From Dehalococcoidia bacterium (lineage in GTDB: Bacteria > Chloroflexota > Dehalococcoidia > Bin125): a DNA stretch of 64,000 nucleotides. A program made the position numbers and the translations under genes. Under the pieces are notes generated by a model that was not told the DNA's origin, made no database searches, and saw only the letters and a program-made list of their open reading frames with translations. Below, piece by piece: positions 47,559 through 57,092 of the stretch. The stretch's first letter is position 1; every line of letters starts with the position of its first letter. The stretch is taken from NCBI GenBank assembly GCA_963663235.2, contig CAXXNO010000004.1:800001-864000 (forward strand), in the 5' to 3' direction.

Positions 47559-49015
47559 GGAGCGCCCAGCGCCCAGCGCATCGAGCGCATCTTGAGGCGG
47601 GATTCCTCGTACTCGCTCTCGGCGTCGGAGCCGGCGACAATGCCGCAGCCCGCGTACAGCGAGGCGCGGCCGCCTTCGATCAGCGCGGAGCGAATGGCCA
47701 CGACGAAGTCGCCGTTCCCGCGGGCGTCCATCCAGCCCAGCGGCCCGGCGAACCAGCCCCGGTCGAAGGGCTCGTAGTCGCGCAACAGCGGCAGAGCGCG
47801 CTCACGCGGGACACCGCCCACGGCCGGCGTGGGATGCAGCCGGTCGACGAGATCGAGCGCCGTGGAAGAGCGAGCGAGCGTGCCGCGGAGATCGGTTTGG
47901 AGGTGCTGCACGTCGGGCAGACGCAGGAGGGCCGGCTGCGGCGCCACGTCCAGTTCGATGCAGACGGGCGCGAGTGCGTCCTCAAGCGCGCGGACGACCA
48001 TCGCGTGCTCGCGACGCTCCTTGGGGTCGGCGAGCAGGGCCTGTGCCCGATCCCCATCCTCGACGGCACCGCGGCCGCGCGGAGCGGAGCCGGCGAGCGC
48101 CACCGCACGGACATCGCGACCGCGCAGCGACACCAGCAACTCCGGGGTGGCGCCGAGAAAACAGCGATCACCGTCGGCCAGCGCGAAGACGGTCCCGGCT
48201 CCGTAGCGATCGCGCAGCCGCCGGAGGACGGCGCCGCAGTCGAACGGACGGTCAGCCTCCAAGGTGGAGCGCCGGGCGAGCACCAACTTCTCGATCTCGC
48301 CACGGCTGATGGCAGCGACGATGTCGGTCACGGCCCGCCGCCATGCGTCAGGCGGCGGATCATCCAGCGCGCGCACCTGTGGCTGGGCAACATCGCTGCG
48401 GGCGGAGTCGCCGCCGACCGCGCGGGGCGGACTGCCGGAGAGGAGCTCGTCGACGCGGCAGAGGAGCGGCCCTGGATCTTGCAAGGGGCCGTCCGGCACC
48501 ACCTGGACCTGCACCTGCAAGGAGCAGGCATCGCCGCGGCGGAGCGCCAGCAGGGTGGGAACGACGAGCCAGCCGCGAGGCCAGCCGCTCCAGGTGGCGT
48601 CCGGCGGACGGGCAGGGTCAAACGCCGATCCGCTCAGACAGAGCGGATCCAGGCCGGGCTCAGAACCCGCCGGCTCAACGCAGGCGTCCGCGGCCAGCGC
48701 GCGCCAGGCCGCAGCCATGGAGCCAGGCTCCGGCAGCGGCGCCACGCCGTCGCTGCGGAACTCCGCGCTCGCGCCGACGGCGGCCATCTCGAGGGGCGGG
48801 TCTTGTCGCCGCCAATAGGCGCGTCGATCGCCGGCGGCGCGTTCGAAGATCTCCATCGGTTCGATGGGGGAGAGGGGCACGCTCAGGCTGACCAGCACAG
48901 GCCGGGACGTCCGCGCGGCGCGCTCCGCGGCCGAGTGAATGAGGGCGGGCAAGCGCCGGCCCAGGGTGGCGGGGCCAGGGCCTCGATCTCGCAGGGTCGC
49001 TGGATGTGCTGGCAT
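47555..49015 (-). CDS. menF: Isochorismate synthase
   Basis: KLVLAR, GATPELL, ALAGS, KERREH, LHPTPAVGG, DRGWFAG, YAGCGIV; start placed at ATG 49015. Confidence 0.92.
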   Translation of the reverse strand: MPAHPATLRDRGPGPATLGRRLPALIHSAAERAARTSRPVLVSLSVPLSPIEPMEIFERAAGDRRAYWRRQDPPLEMAAVGASAEFRSDGVAPLPEPGSMAAAWRALAADACVEPAGSEPGLDPLCLSGSAFDPARPPDATWSGWPRGWLVVPTLLALRRGDACSLQVQVQVVPDGPLQDPGPLLCRVDELLSGSPPRAVGGDSARSDVAQPQVRALDDPPPDAWRRAVTDIVAAISRGEIEKLVLARRSTLEADRPFDCGAVLRRLRDRYGAGTVFALADGDRCFLGATPELLVSLRGRDVRAVALAGSAPRGRGAVEDGDRAQALLADPKERREHAMVVRALEDALAPVCIELDVAPQPALLRLPDVQHLQTDLRGTLARSSTALDLVDRLHPTPAVGGVPRERALPLLRDYEPFDRGWFAGPLGWMDARGNGDFVVAIRSALIEGGRASLYAGCGIVAGSDAESEYEESRLKMRSMRWALGAP

Positions 49016-49027
49016 GGCAGAGACGAG

Positions 49028-49049
49028 AAACCGACTCACCAGTCGGTTT
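49028..49049. promoter_or_regulatory. Putative TetR operator AAACCGAC-N6-GTCGGTTT upstream of menF
   Basis: Palindrome with 9-bp arms; same motif at 58558-58579; minus-strand TAGCGT hexamer at 49054-49059. Confidence 0.8.
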
Positions 49050-49134
49050 TGCCACGCTATCAGACGGCCCGGAGCCCACAAGAGGAGGGCAAAAGAGGGC
49101 CAACGAGGGGGCGCCCAGAAGGGTGGGGGCGAGG

Positions 49135-49281
49135 TTAGCGAGGCCGACGCATCGTCACCCGCTGAAAGGCGCGCGCCCGGCGCGCCCGCTGCCGCTTCTT
49201 CCGCCAATCCGCCACGGCCATCGCCGGGTAGAGAACCGATGCGACCGCCACAACGCCGATGCCGATCAACGCTTCCGCCAT
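49135..49281 (-). CDS. 48-aa small single-TM protein with a basic tail
   Basis: MAEALIGIGVVAVASVLYPAMAVADWRKKRQRARRARAFQRVTMRRPR. ATG lies 3 nt after the nfi stop; GAAGGGA RBS-like sequence; below the ORF-track size cutoff. Confidence 0.6.
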   Translation of the reverse strand: MAEALIGIGVVAVASVLYPAMAVADWRKKRQRARRARAFQRVTMRRPR

Positions 49282-49284
49282 GAG

Positions 49285-50001
49285 TCAGCGATCCCTTCCA
49301 CCAATCCGTCCGTGCGGCGGGTGTCCCGTGACGCTGCGGGCCGAGCGGGCGGCCTGCCGCGCCAGGCGGATCGGCGCCGGTGTGCGGGCCGCGCCCGAGA
49401 GAGCGCGCACCACGGTGACGGCGGTCTCCGCGTCCGTGCGCCAAGCGGCGTGTACGGCCAACGGCCGACGGCCCTGCCGCACGCAGAGCCAGCAGCCAAC
49501 TAGATCCCCCAGCAGCCGGAGGGCACTCGTGGCACCGGGCTCATCGGCCGGGGGAGCGCCCTCCGCAAGCAACGGACGATCGGTCACTCCGATCGTCGGC
49601 AGATCGAGCACGGATCCTAAGTGCAGCGCCAATCCGGCGCGGCGGGGATGGTCGCGGCCGGTGGCGTTTACGAGCACGAGGTCCGGCCGCTCCGGCAGCG
49701 CGCGAACGGCCGCCTCCAGCAGAGCGCCCTCCCGCAGCGCCAGAAAGCCGGGGCGGTAGGGGAAGCCCGCGGAACCCGGCACCACGCGCGTGACCAGCGC
49801 GTGACCGTCCAACAGCAGCGCCGCGGCGGCCCAGGCTCGATCGCCGCGTGCGCCGTCGCCCGCGATGCCCCGCTGAAAGCAGACGAAGACACCGGCCCCG
49901 CGCAGCGGCCCCGCCGCGGGCTGCCAGAGGTCAAGGCGCGCGCGGCCGAGATCCGTCTGCAGGCGCAGCAGGCCAGCGTCCGACTGCGGCCAGGTCGCCA
50001 C
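49285..50001 (-). CDS. nfi: Endonuclease V-like protein (atypical catalytic residues)
   Basis: FPYRPGFLALREG, G..HPRRAGLALHLG, PTIGV, P.PIRLA. Confidence 0.82.
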   Translation of the reverse strand: MATWPQSDAGLLRLQTDLGRARLDLWQPAAGPLRGAGVFVCFQRGIAGDGARGDRAWAAAALLLDGHALVTRVVPGSAGFPYRPGFLALREGALLEAAVRALPERPDLVLVNATGRDHPRRAGLALHLGSVLDLPTIGVTDRPLLAEGAPPADEPGATSALRLLGDLVGCWLCVRQGRRPLAVHAAWRTDAETAVTVVRALSGAARTPAPIRLARQAARSARSVTGHPPHGRIGGRDR

Positions 50002-50065
50002 GGCCTCAGGCTATACTCAGCCGCGCCCACAGGCCCCGTCTCCCGCCCGCGAAAGGAGCACGCCG

Positions 50066-50833
50066 ATGCCGGTTCCCGGCGAAGTCACCGATTTGGGGCG
50101 AGTCCAGACAGAGGAGATCCGCTACCCGAGCGAGGACACCGCGATCGAGGCGTACGTGGCGCGCCCGCGTGAGGCCGGCGCGAAGCCGGGGATCATCGTG
50201 ATCCACGAGGCGTTCGGCCCGGTCGAGCACATCCGCGACGTCGCCCGCCGGTTCGCCAACATCGGCTTCACGGCGATCGCCCCGAACCTCTACACGCGCG
50301 AGGGCGCGCCGGACCCCAAGGACATGAACTCCGTCTTCCCGAAGATGTTCGGCCGGCCGGACGCTGAAGTCGTTCGCGACCTGGAGGCAGCGGCCGCGTA
50401 CCTCCGCAGCCAGCCGGACAGCAACGGCAAGGTCGGCTGTATCGGCTTCTGCTCCGGGGGGCGGCAGACGCTCCTCTTCGCCTGTTCCAGCGCGACCGTG
50501 GACGCGGCGGTTGATTGCTGGGGCGGATTCATCAGCCGGGCGACGCAGGAGGACCAGACGACGGCCGCGCGGCCGACGCCGATCATCGACCTCAGCGAGC
50601 AGTTGCACTGCCCGCTCTACGCCGTGATCGGTGAGGAGGACGAGAACCCATCGCCAACCGAGGCGGCGGAGTTGGAGCGGCGGCTGAAGGACGCGGGCAA
50701 GACGTTCCAGGTCGAAGTATTCACCGATGCGGGACACGCGTTCCTGGCCGACTACCGCCCGTCCTATCGGGAGGGGCCGGCGCTCAAGCTCTGGCCGAAG
50801 ATCGTGGCGTTCTTGGAGACGCAGCTACGCTGA
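50066..50833 (+). CDS. Dienelactone hydrolase family protein
   Basis: IHEAFG, GFCSGG, AGHAF; AAAGGAG RBS. Confidence 0.9.
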   Translation: MPVPGEVTDLGRVQTEEIRYPSEDTAIEAYVARPREAGAKPGIIVIHEAFGPVEHIRDVARRFANIGFTAIAPNLYTREGAPDPKDMNSVFPKMFGRPDAEVVRDLEAAAAYLRSQPDSNGKVGCIGFCSGGRQTLLFACSSATVDAAVDCWGGFISRATQEDQTTAARPTPIIDLSEQLHCPLYAVIGEEDENPSPTEAAELERRLKDAGKTFQVEVFTDAGHAFLADYRPSYREGPALKLWPKIVAFLETQLR

Positions 50834-50849
50834 TCCCGGCGTCGCCGGG

Positions 50850-51236
50850 CTATTCCGCCGGCCCGGCGAGAGGGCGCGCGAAGCTGAGCTCGTGGCCGTC
50901 GGGATCAGTGATATGGAAGTAACGCTCGCCCCACTCGGCATCGCGCGGGGCGGTGTCGGGCGTGAGGCCGGCGGCGATGGCCCGCTGGTGGAACGCGTCC
51001 ACGTCTGAGACGTAGAAGATCACACGGCCCCACCACGCCCAGCGACGACTCGCGGGCTGCGCCGTGAGGTTCAGGTAGCCCTGTTCCAGAGCGAAGCTGG
51101 TGAACGAAGCGCGCTCGTCGCCGTAGAGGAGCGCGAATCCCAAGGCGCGATAGAAGTGCACCGCGCGCGCCATGTCATGGGTGGCGAGCGTGAGCGCGCT
51201 GATGCAGTCGATGGTCGGGGCGGGCTCGGGGGTCAC
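50850..51236 (-). CDS. VOC/glyoxalase family protein
   Basis: AVHFYRALGF, WGERYFHITDPDGHELSF. Confidence 0.9.
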   Translation of the reverse strand: MTPEPAPTIDCISALTLATHDMARAVHFYRALGFALLYGDERASFTSFALEQGYLNLTAQPASRRWAWWGRVIFYVSDVDAFHQRAIAAGLTPDTAPRDAEWGERYFHITDPDGHELSFARPLAGPAE

Positions 51237-51308
51237 GCGCGGATGATAGGCGATGGCCGTAGCAGCGTGATCGCCGGACCGGACGTACTGAGCCGGGCAG
51301 CGCCTTCG

Positions 51309-51995
51309 TCAGGCGCCATCGCTCTCCCGTTCGGCGGCGCGGCGGAGGATCTCCATGCAGCGCGCGTCCGGCACCGGGGGGAACTGTTCATAGAAGGCGC
51401 CTACCGCGCCGAACGGGCTCGGGGTGGCGATCACGATCACGCGTGCGCCCATCTGCTCCAGGCGGTGCACGGCCTCCTCGGCGGCAACCGGCACCGCGAC
51501 CAGCACAGCCGCCGCGCCGGCACGCTGCGTCGCGTCCACGGCGGCCGCCATCGTGGCGCCGGTGGCGAGGCCGTCGTCGACGAGGAGGACGCGGCGGTCG
51601 CGCACCGGCTCGGCCGGCCGCGCGTCGCGATAGTCGCGCTCGCGTCGCTCCACCTCGTCCAGCTCGCGGCGTCGCGCCGCCTCCAGGTCGGCGGGACTGA
51701 GGTCGAACATGGCCAGGAAGTCGTCGTTCCAGATCGTGCCCAGGCGGGTGACAGAGCCGACGGCCAGCTCCGGGGAGCCCGGCGCGCCAATCTTGCGCGC
51801 GATCAGCGCATCGAGCGGCAAGCACAGCCCTTGGGCGACCGGCTCGGCGACCTCCAGCCCGCCGCGGGGGATGGTGAGGATGAGGTCCGCCCGCACGTGC
51901 AGGCTGCGGAGCAGGTCCAAGAGCCGTCGGCCCGCGTCCAGGCGATCGCGGAAGCGGACCGGCTCAGAGCGCCGAGGGATGAAGCGACTGAGCAT
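51309..51995 (-). CDS. Phosphoribosyltransferase family protein
   Basis: FRDRLDAGRRL, IPRGG, RKIGAP, VDDGLATG PRPP loop, VGAFY; GGGGAGG RBS. Confidence 0.88.
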   Translation of the reverse strand: MLSRFIPRRSEPVRFRDRLDAGRRLLDLLRSLHVRADLILTIPRGGLEVAEPVAQGLCLPLDALIARKIGAPGSPELAVGSVTRLGTIWNDDFLAMFDLSPADLEAARRRELDEVERRERDYRDARPAEPVRDRRVLLVDDGLATGATMAAAVDATQRAGAAAVLVAVPVAAEEAVHRLEQMGARVIVIATPSPFGAVGAFYEQFPPVPDARCMEILRRAAERESDGA

Positions 51996-52148
51996 CCACG
52001 CCTCCCCATGCCAGCCCTGGAAGAATCGCACGCCGGCGCGCCCTGTGCGCGAGCGAATCAACTAGAACGGCCACAAATAAGGTCGGGAGCGGATGTGTGG
52101 GCCAGCGGTGCATGGATAGCTTGAGCGTGAGACTCGGAACGATCCGGC

Positions 52149-54596
52149 TCAGGATAGGACGGGAGGCCCGTGAGCGCCGTCGTTGCCGGCGGCAGCCAGG
52201 CGTTGCATCTCATCGAGGGCGTCCGCCACGTCGCGGAAGATCGTGTCCTCGGGGTACGTCCCGTCATCGCGGAGGCTCCCGGCGGGCCGGCCAGTGAGCA
52301 GCTCCAGCCCTTCCTCAATGCCGGAGACCTGCCAGATGTGGAAGCGGCCATCGTCGACGGCTTGGACCAGGTCGTCGCGGAGGGTCAGGTTGACGACGTT
52401 GCTGGCGGGCATCATCACCCCCTGGCTCCCCGTCAACCCCACCTCGCAGCAGACGTCGTAGAAGCCCTCCACCTTCTCCGTCACGCCGCCGACCGGCTGG
52501 ATGTTGCCGAACTGGTCCACGGAGCCGGTCACGGCGATGTCCTGCCGGATGGGGACGCCGGCGAGCGAGGTGAGGATGGCGTACAACTCCACCGAAGAGG
52601 CGCTGTCCCCTTCCACTTCGTCGTAGCTCTGCTCGAAGGTGATGCTGGCGGTGAAGGCCAGCGGGCGCTCGCGGCCGAAGACGCCCATGAGGTAGCCGCT
52701 GAGGACAAGCACGCCCTTGGAGTGGATGGCGCCGCTGCGCTCGACTTCGCGGTCGATCGCCACGACGCCACGGCGGCCGAGGCCGATACGGCAGGTGATG
52801 CGCGTGGGAGTGCCCAAGGCGTGGCTGCTCAACTGGTAGACGGCGAGGCCGTTCACCTGGCCGACCACGGCGCCGGAGGTCTCCACGTGCAGCGTCCCCT
52901 CCGCGATCATGCGCCGCAGGCGGTCGGCGACGAGGCCGGAGCGGCGGCGCTTGCCGGCGACCGCGGCGCGGACGTGGGCCGCGGTGACCGTGTCGTGGCC
53001 TTCATCGGCGGCGAGTTGGTCCGCCTCCCCACAGAGGTCCTCGATCGCGCCCAGGCGGGTGCTGAGCCGGTCCTGCCGCCCGGCCAGGCGGGCGCCGAAG
53101 CGCAGCACCTCTTTGAGGGCATCGCGGGTGAGGTGGCGCAGGCCGCGGTGCCGCACGGCGTGGCAGACGAAGCCGGTGTAGGCGGCCAGCGACTCGGCAT
53201 CGACCGGGGTGTCGGGCTCGAACTCGGCGCGGATCTTGAAGAGCGCGGGGAAGTCCGGGTCCATCGCATCCAGGAAGGCGAACGCCATCGGCGAGCCGAC
53301 CAGCACGACCTTGAGGTCCAGCGGGATGGCCTCCGGGATGACGTTGACGGTGGGGATGGGCGTGGAGCCGGCCCCGACGTCCTCCACGCGCGCCTCTTTG
53401 CACTTGAGGCTGCGCTTGAGCTTGAGCCAGGTGCGGGGATCGGTGAGGACGTCTTGGACCTGCAGCACGAGGTAGCCGCCGTTGGCGTGGTGCACCGCGC
53501 CGGGACGGATGAGAGTGAAATCGGTGGTCAAGGCGCCGGCCCGCGGCTCGAAGTCGAGGCGGCCGAAGAGGTTGTAGTAGGTGGGCTGGCCCTCGACCAC
53601 GACCGGCGCGGCGGTGGCCGGCTCGTCGCCGTGGGTGACGAAGAGGTTGACCGTGTAGCGCTTCAGGAGCTGCTCGCGCTGCTCGGTGATCTGCGCCAGC
53701 GGCTGCGGCGGGACGCCATCGGCCTGTGCTTCCGGACGTCGCCGCAAGCCATCGACATTGGCGATGATGTCCGTTTCCACAGCGTCGAAATGCTCGGCCA
53801 ACCCGTGGGGGGCGTACTTCTCCCGGAGGTCATCCAGGATCGGCCCGACCACGAAGCGAGTCACGTCCTTATCCAGCGCGGCGAGCGCCTGTTGCGCCCG
53901 TTGGTCCAGCTTGCGCAGCTGTCGCACGGTGGCGCCCACCGTCTCTTGCACGGTCTTGCCGCCCTGCTCGATGGACGCTTGCATCTCCGGAGGCAGCGAC
54001 TGGATGACTTCGGGCGTTAACGGCTGGCCGTCCCGGTCCTTGGGCATCGCCACAAACCCCATTTGCGTGACGTTCACCAAGTAGCCGAATTGATCGGCGG
54101 TGCGCTGCATGGCCTCCAGGATCTCGCCACGCTCCGTGCCGACCGGCTGCAGCGTTTGCGACCGGCGCTCCTGGTAAGACTCGCTTTCGAAGGCTCGGGG
54201 GACCTCCGTGCGGCAGGCCTCGACGAGCTCGGCGAGGTCGCGCTGCAGATCGTCACCCAGCCCGGAGGGGAGCGCCACGGCGCGCGAGCGGTAGGGGTCG
54301 CGGAAGCTGTAGAGGTAGCACCAGTCGGAGACGGGAGCATTGCCGGCGGCGGCCTCGTTGACCAGCTGGCGCACCGCCATGTTCTTTCCCGCCCCCGGCG
54401 GACCAGAGACGGCGATGTTGTAGCCGTCCGCCTGCACGCGGAGACCGAAGGCGATGGCCTCCTGCGCACGCTGCTGGCCGGCGACCGCCTCGAGCGGTTC
54501 CACGTCCGCCGTCGACGGCGGGAGGTCCGTATCGGCGAACTGAGCGCAAAGCTGATCCGACCGCAGTTGCAGCGAATCCATCACCGTCGTGCTCAC
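52149..54596 (-). CDS. Lon-like protease (LonC-type, AAA-like domain plus Ser-Lys protease domain)
   Basis: GQQRA, GPPGAGK, ANGGYLVL, GQVNGLAV, IHSKGV, EQSY..VEGDSAS, GGVTEKVEGF; GTG start with GAAGGGAG RBS. Confidence 0.88.
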   Translation of the reverse strand: MSTTVMDSLQLRSDQLCAQFADTDLPPSTADVEPLEAVAGQQRAQEAIAFGLRVQADGYNIAVSGPPGAGKNMAVRQLVNEAAAGNAPVSDWCYLYSFRDPYRSRAVALPSGLGDDLQRDLAELVEACRTEVPRAFESESYQERRSQTLQPVGTERGEILEAMQRTADQFGYLVNVTQMGFVAMPKDRDGQPLTPEVIQSLPPEMQASIEQGGKTVQETVGATVRQLRKLDQRAQQALAALDKDVTRFVVGPILDDLREKYAPHGLAEHFDAVETDIIANVDGLRRRPEAQADGVPPQPLAQITEQREQLLKRYTVNLFVTHGDEPATAAPVVVEGQPTYYNLFGRLDFEPRAGALTTDFTLIRPGAVHHANGGYLVLQVQDVLTDPRTWLKLKRSLKCKEARVEDVGAGSTPIPTVNVIPEAIPLDLKVVLVGSPMAFAFLDAMDPDFPALFKIRAEFEPDTPVDAESLAAYTGFVCHAVRHRGLRHLTRDALKEVLRFGARLAGRQDRLSTRLGAIEDLCGEADQLAADEGHDTVTAAHVRAAVAGKRRRSGLVADRLRRMIAEGTLHVETSGAVVGQVNGLAVYQLSSHALGTPTRITCRIGLGRRGVVAIDREVERSGAIHSKGVLVLSGYLMGVFGRERPLAFTASITFEQSYDEVEGDSASSVELYAILTSLAGVPIRQDIAVTGSVDQFGNIQPVGGVTEKVEGFYDVCCEVGLTGSQGVMMPASNVVNLTLRDDLVQAVDDGRFHIWQVSGIEEGLELLTGRPAGSLRDDGTYPEDTIFRDVADALDEMQRLAAAGNDGAHGPPVLS

Positions 54597-54641
54597 GGGG
54601 CGCTCCCTTCCGTGCCGCACCGGCATGGCCCGGCGCTTATT

Positions 54642-56174
54642 CTATCGATTCTCGTTCTGGCGATTCTCTTTCGCGTCCGGAGTCGAGCGGGACAACAGCG
54701 CCCGCAGAACATCACGGCGCAGCTTGCCCGCTGCGTTGCGCGGTAACGCCGCCAGGACACGGATGGCGTCGGGGCGCTTGTACGCAGCCAGGCGCTCCGC
54801 GCAGAAGCGGCTGAGAGCGTCGGTGTCGGCGGAGGCGCCGAGGCGGAGGCAGACAGCCGCGACCGGGCGCTGCCCCCAACGGGCGTCCGCCACGGCGACC
54901 ACCCCCGCATCCACGACATCCGGATGCGTGAGCAACACGGCTTCGACCTCGGCGGGGTAGACGTTCTCGCCGCCGGAGATGATGAGGTCGGCTCGGCGGT
55001 CGAGCACGCGGAGCCCGCCGTACTCATCCAGGGAGCCGACATCTCCGGTGTGGAGCCAGCCGTCCACGACGGTGCGCGCGGTCGCTTCGGGATCGGCGTC
55101 GTAGCCCGCCATCACCGTCGGGCCGCGCACGAGGATCTCGCCCGCTTCGCCCGGCGGCAGATCGACGCCGTCCCGCACGATGCGGATCTCCGTGTTCCAG
55201 AGGGGCCGCGCGGCCCGACGGGCAGAGGGGGACTCCGAGGCGAGGGGCGGGGGCACTGTCGCCACCTGCGAAGCCGTCTCGGTCAGGCCGTAAGTAGGCG
55301 CCACGGGGATGCCGCGAGCGGCGCAGTCGGCGAGCAGCGGCGCCGGGGCGGGACCGCCGCCGAGCAGCGCCAGCCGGAACGTGGGCGGGTAGGGCCGATC
55401 GCCGCGCTCCTCCAGCATCGCGGCCAGCATGCGGGCGACCACAGAGACGATGGTGACGCCGTCGTTGTCGATGGCGCGGTTGGCGGCGGCCGGATCGAAG
55501 GACGCGTGCAGGACGACGGGGATACCGCAGATCACGCTGCGCAGCAGGATCGCCAGGCCGCCGACGTGGTAGAGGGGCATGCAGGCGAGCCAGCGGTCGT
55601 CGTCGTGGAGGCCCAGACTGAGCGCCGAGCCCAAGGCGCTCCAGAGGTGGTTGCCGAAGGTCAACATGGCGCCCTTGGGGCGGCCGGTGGTGCCGGAGGT
55701 GAAGACGATGGAGTGCACAGCGGATTCATCGATGTGGCGTGCGTCGAGGGGGTGAGCGTCGTCGGGCAGGGGGTCCGAGGCCGCCAGGGCGGACAGCGGC
55801 AGGAGGCGCAGGCCATCGCGCCCTCTCGCCAGTTCGTTCCCCAGCGCCGAATGGGCATCGTCGGCGATCAGGAATCGAGCGGCCACGGCGTCGATCTGAT
55901 AACCGAGCTCGGGCGGCATCAGGCGCAGGTTGAGGGGCACGAAGACGGCGCCGAGGCGGGGAACCGCGTGCACGCACTGCACGAGAGCCGGCCCGCTACC
56001 TGCCAGCACGGCGACGCGATCGCCCGGTCGCACGCCTGCAACATCGAGGTGGGCGGTGAAAGCCCGGACCGCCGCGCGTAGCTCGTCGAATGTCCAGCGG
56101 CGCCCGTCCCAGATGAGCGCCGGTCGGTCCGGCGAGCGCAGGACGCGTTGGTCCAGCCAGTCGGGCATGGACAT
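54642..56174 (-). CDS. menE: o-succinylbenzoate-CoA ligase
   Basis: FTSGTTGRPKG, PLYHVGG, TYGLTETASQ, WLHTGD, ISGGENVYP; located in the men operon. Confidence 0.92.
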   Translation of the reverse strand: MSMPDWLDQRVLRSPDRPALIWDGRRWTFDELRAAVRAFTAHLDVAGVRPGDRVAVLAGSGPALVQCVHAVPRLGAVFVPLNLRLMPPELGYQIDAVAARFLIADDAHSALGNELARGRDGLRLLPLSALAASDPLPDDAHPLDARHIDESAVHSIVFTSGTTGRPKGAMLTFGNHLWSALGSALSLGLHDDDRWLACMPLYHVGGLAILLRSVICGIPVVLHASFDPAAANRAIDNDGVTIVSVVARMLAAMLEERGDRPYPPTFRLALLGGGPAPAPLLADCAARGIPVAPTYGLTETASQVATVPPPLASESPSARRAARPLWNTEIRIVRDGVDLPPGEAGEILVRGPTVMAGYDADPEATARTVVDGWLHTGDVGSLDEYGGLRVLDRRADLIISGGENVYPAEVEAVLLTHPDVVDAGVVAVADARWGQRPVAAVCLRLGASADTDALSRFCAERLAAYKRPDAIRVLAALPRNAAGKLRRDVLRALLSRSTPDAKENRQNENR

Positions 56175-56178
56175 GCGG

Positions 56179-57084
56179 CTAGACCAGCAGCCCGGCCGCC
56201 AGCAGCACCCCGAAGAGCAAGTGCAGCTGGCCGGTTTGCTTGAGGATGGGATTCAGGGCGCGGCCCTCGACGCCGCCGACGACGCGCGCCGCGAGCAGCG
56301 CCGCCAGCGGCGCGCTGAGCCAAGCCAACCAGGACCACCAAGGCAGCAGGCCGACGGCGCTGAAGGCGGCGATCAGGACGTAGGGCGCCGTCACGAGCAG
56401 CAGATAGTCGACGCGCGTGGCGCGCGCGCCCAGGATCACGGCCAGCGTGCGCTTGCCGCTGCGACGGTCGGTATCGAGATCGCGCAGGTTGTTGACCACC
56501 AAGATGGCCGTGACCGTCATGCCGATGGGGATCGACGCCGCCAGGGCGCGCCAAGCGAGCTCTTCCGTCTGCACGAAGTAACTGCCGACCCCCGCCGCCA
56601 AACCAAAGAAAACAAACACGAACGGATCGCCCAAGCCGTGATAGCCGAAGGGCCAGGGGCCGCCGGTGTAGGCCAGCGCGGCGAGGATCGCCGCAGCGCC
56701 CAGCACCAGGACCGGCCAACCCGCCACCACGATCAGATAGACGCCGATCAGCGCCGCCGCCGCCAGCACGGCCAGCGTGGCCCAGCGCATCTCGGCAGCC
56801 GAGACCAGACCGCTCTGCGTAGCCCGCTGCGGGCCGAGGCGATCCTCGCGGTCGGCGCCCCGAACGAAGTCTGAGAAGTCGTTGGCGAAGTTGGCGCCAA
56901 CCTGCAACAGCACCGCCGCGCCCAGCGCTGCAATGAACGGCAGCAGGCGCAGCGCAGTGTCCGCATCGGCCGCGGCCGTGCCGACGAGGACCGGAGCGAT
57001 CGCGGCCGTCAGCGTCGCCGGCCGGGCCGCCATCAGCCAGACGCGCCAGGCAGGGACCGAACGCCGAGCCTGCTCGTGTAACAC
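56179..57084 (-). CDS. menA: 1,4-dihydroxy-2-naphthoate polyprenyltransferase
   Basis: RPATL, NFANDFSD, YTGGP..GY.GLGD, VNNLRDLDTD..GKRTL. Confidence 0.95.
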   Translation of the reverse strand: MLHEQARRSVPAWRVWLMAARPATLTAAIAPVLVGTAAADADTALRLLPFIAALGAAVLLQVGANFANDFSDFVRGADREDRLGPQRATQSGLVSAAEMRWATLAVLAAAALIGVYLIVVAGWPVLVLGAAAILAALAYTGGPWPFGYHGLGDPFVFVFFGLAAGVGSYFVQTEELAWRALAASIPIGMTVTAILVVNNLRDLDTDRRSGKRTLAVILGARATRVDYLLLVTAPYVLIAAFSAVGLLPWWSWLAWLSAPLAALLAARVVGGVEGRALNPILKQTGQLHLLFGVLLAAGLLV

Positions 57085-57092
57085 CGGGCGGA

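Noticed and set aside
47555-49444. 629-aa MenF with an extended N-terminus
   Set aside because: The extension crosses the operator/promoter, the small ORF and nfi; ATG 49015 fits better.
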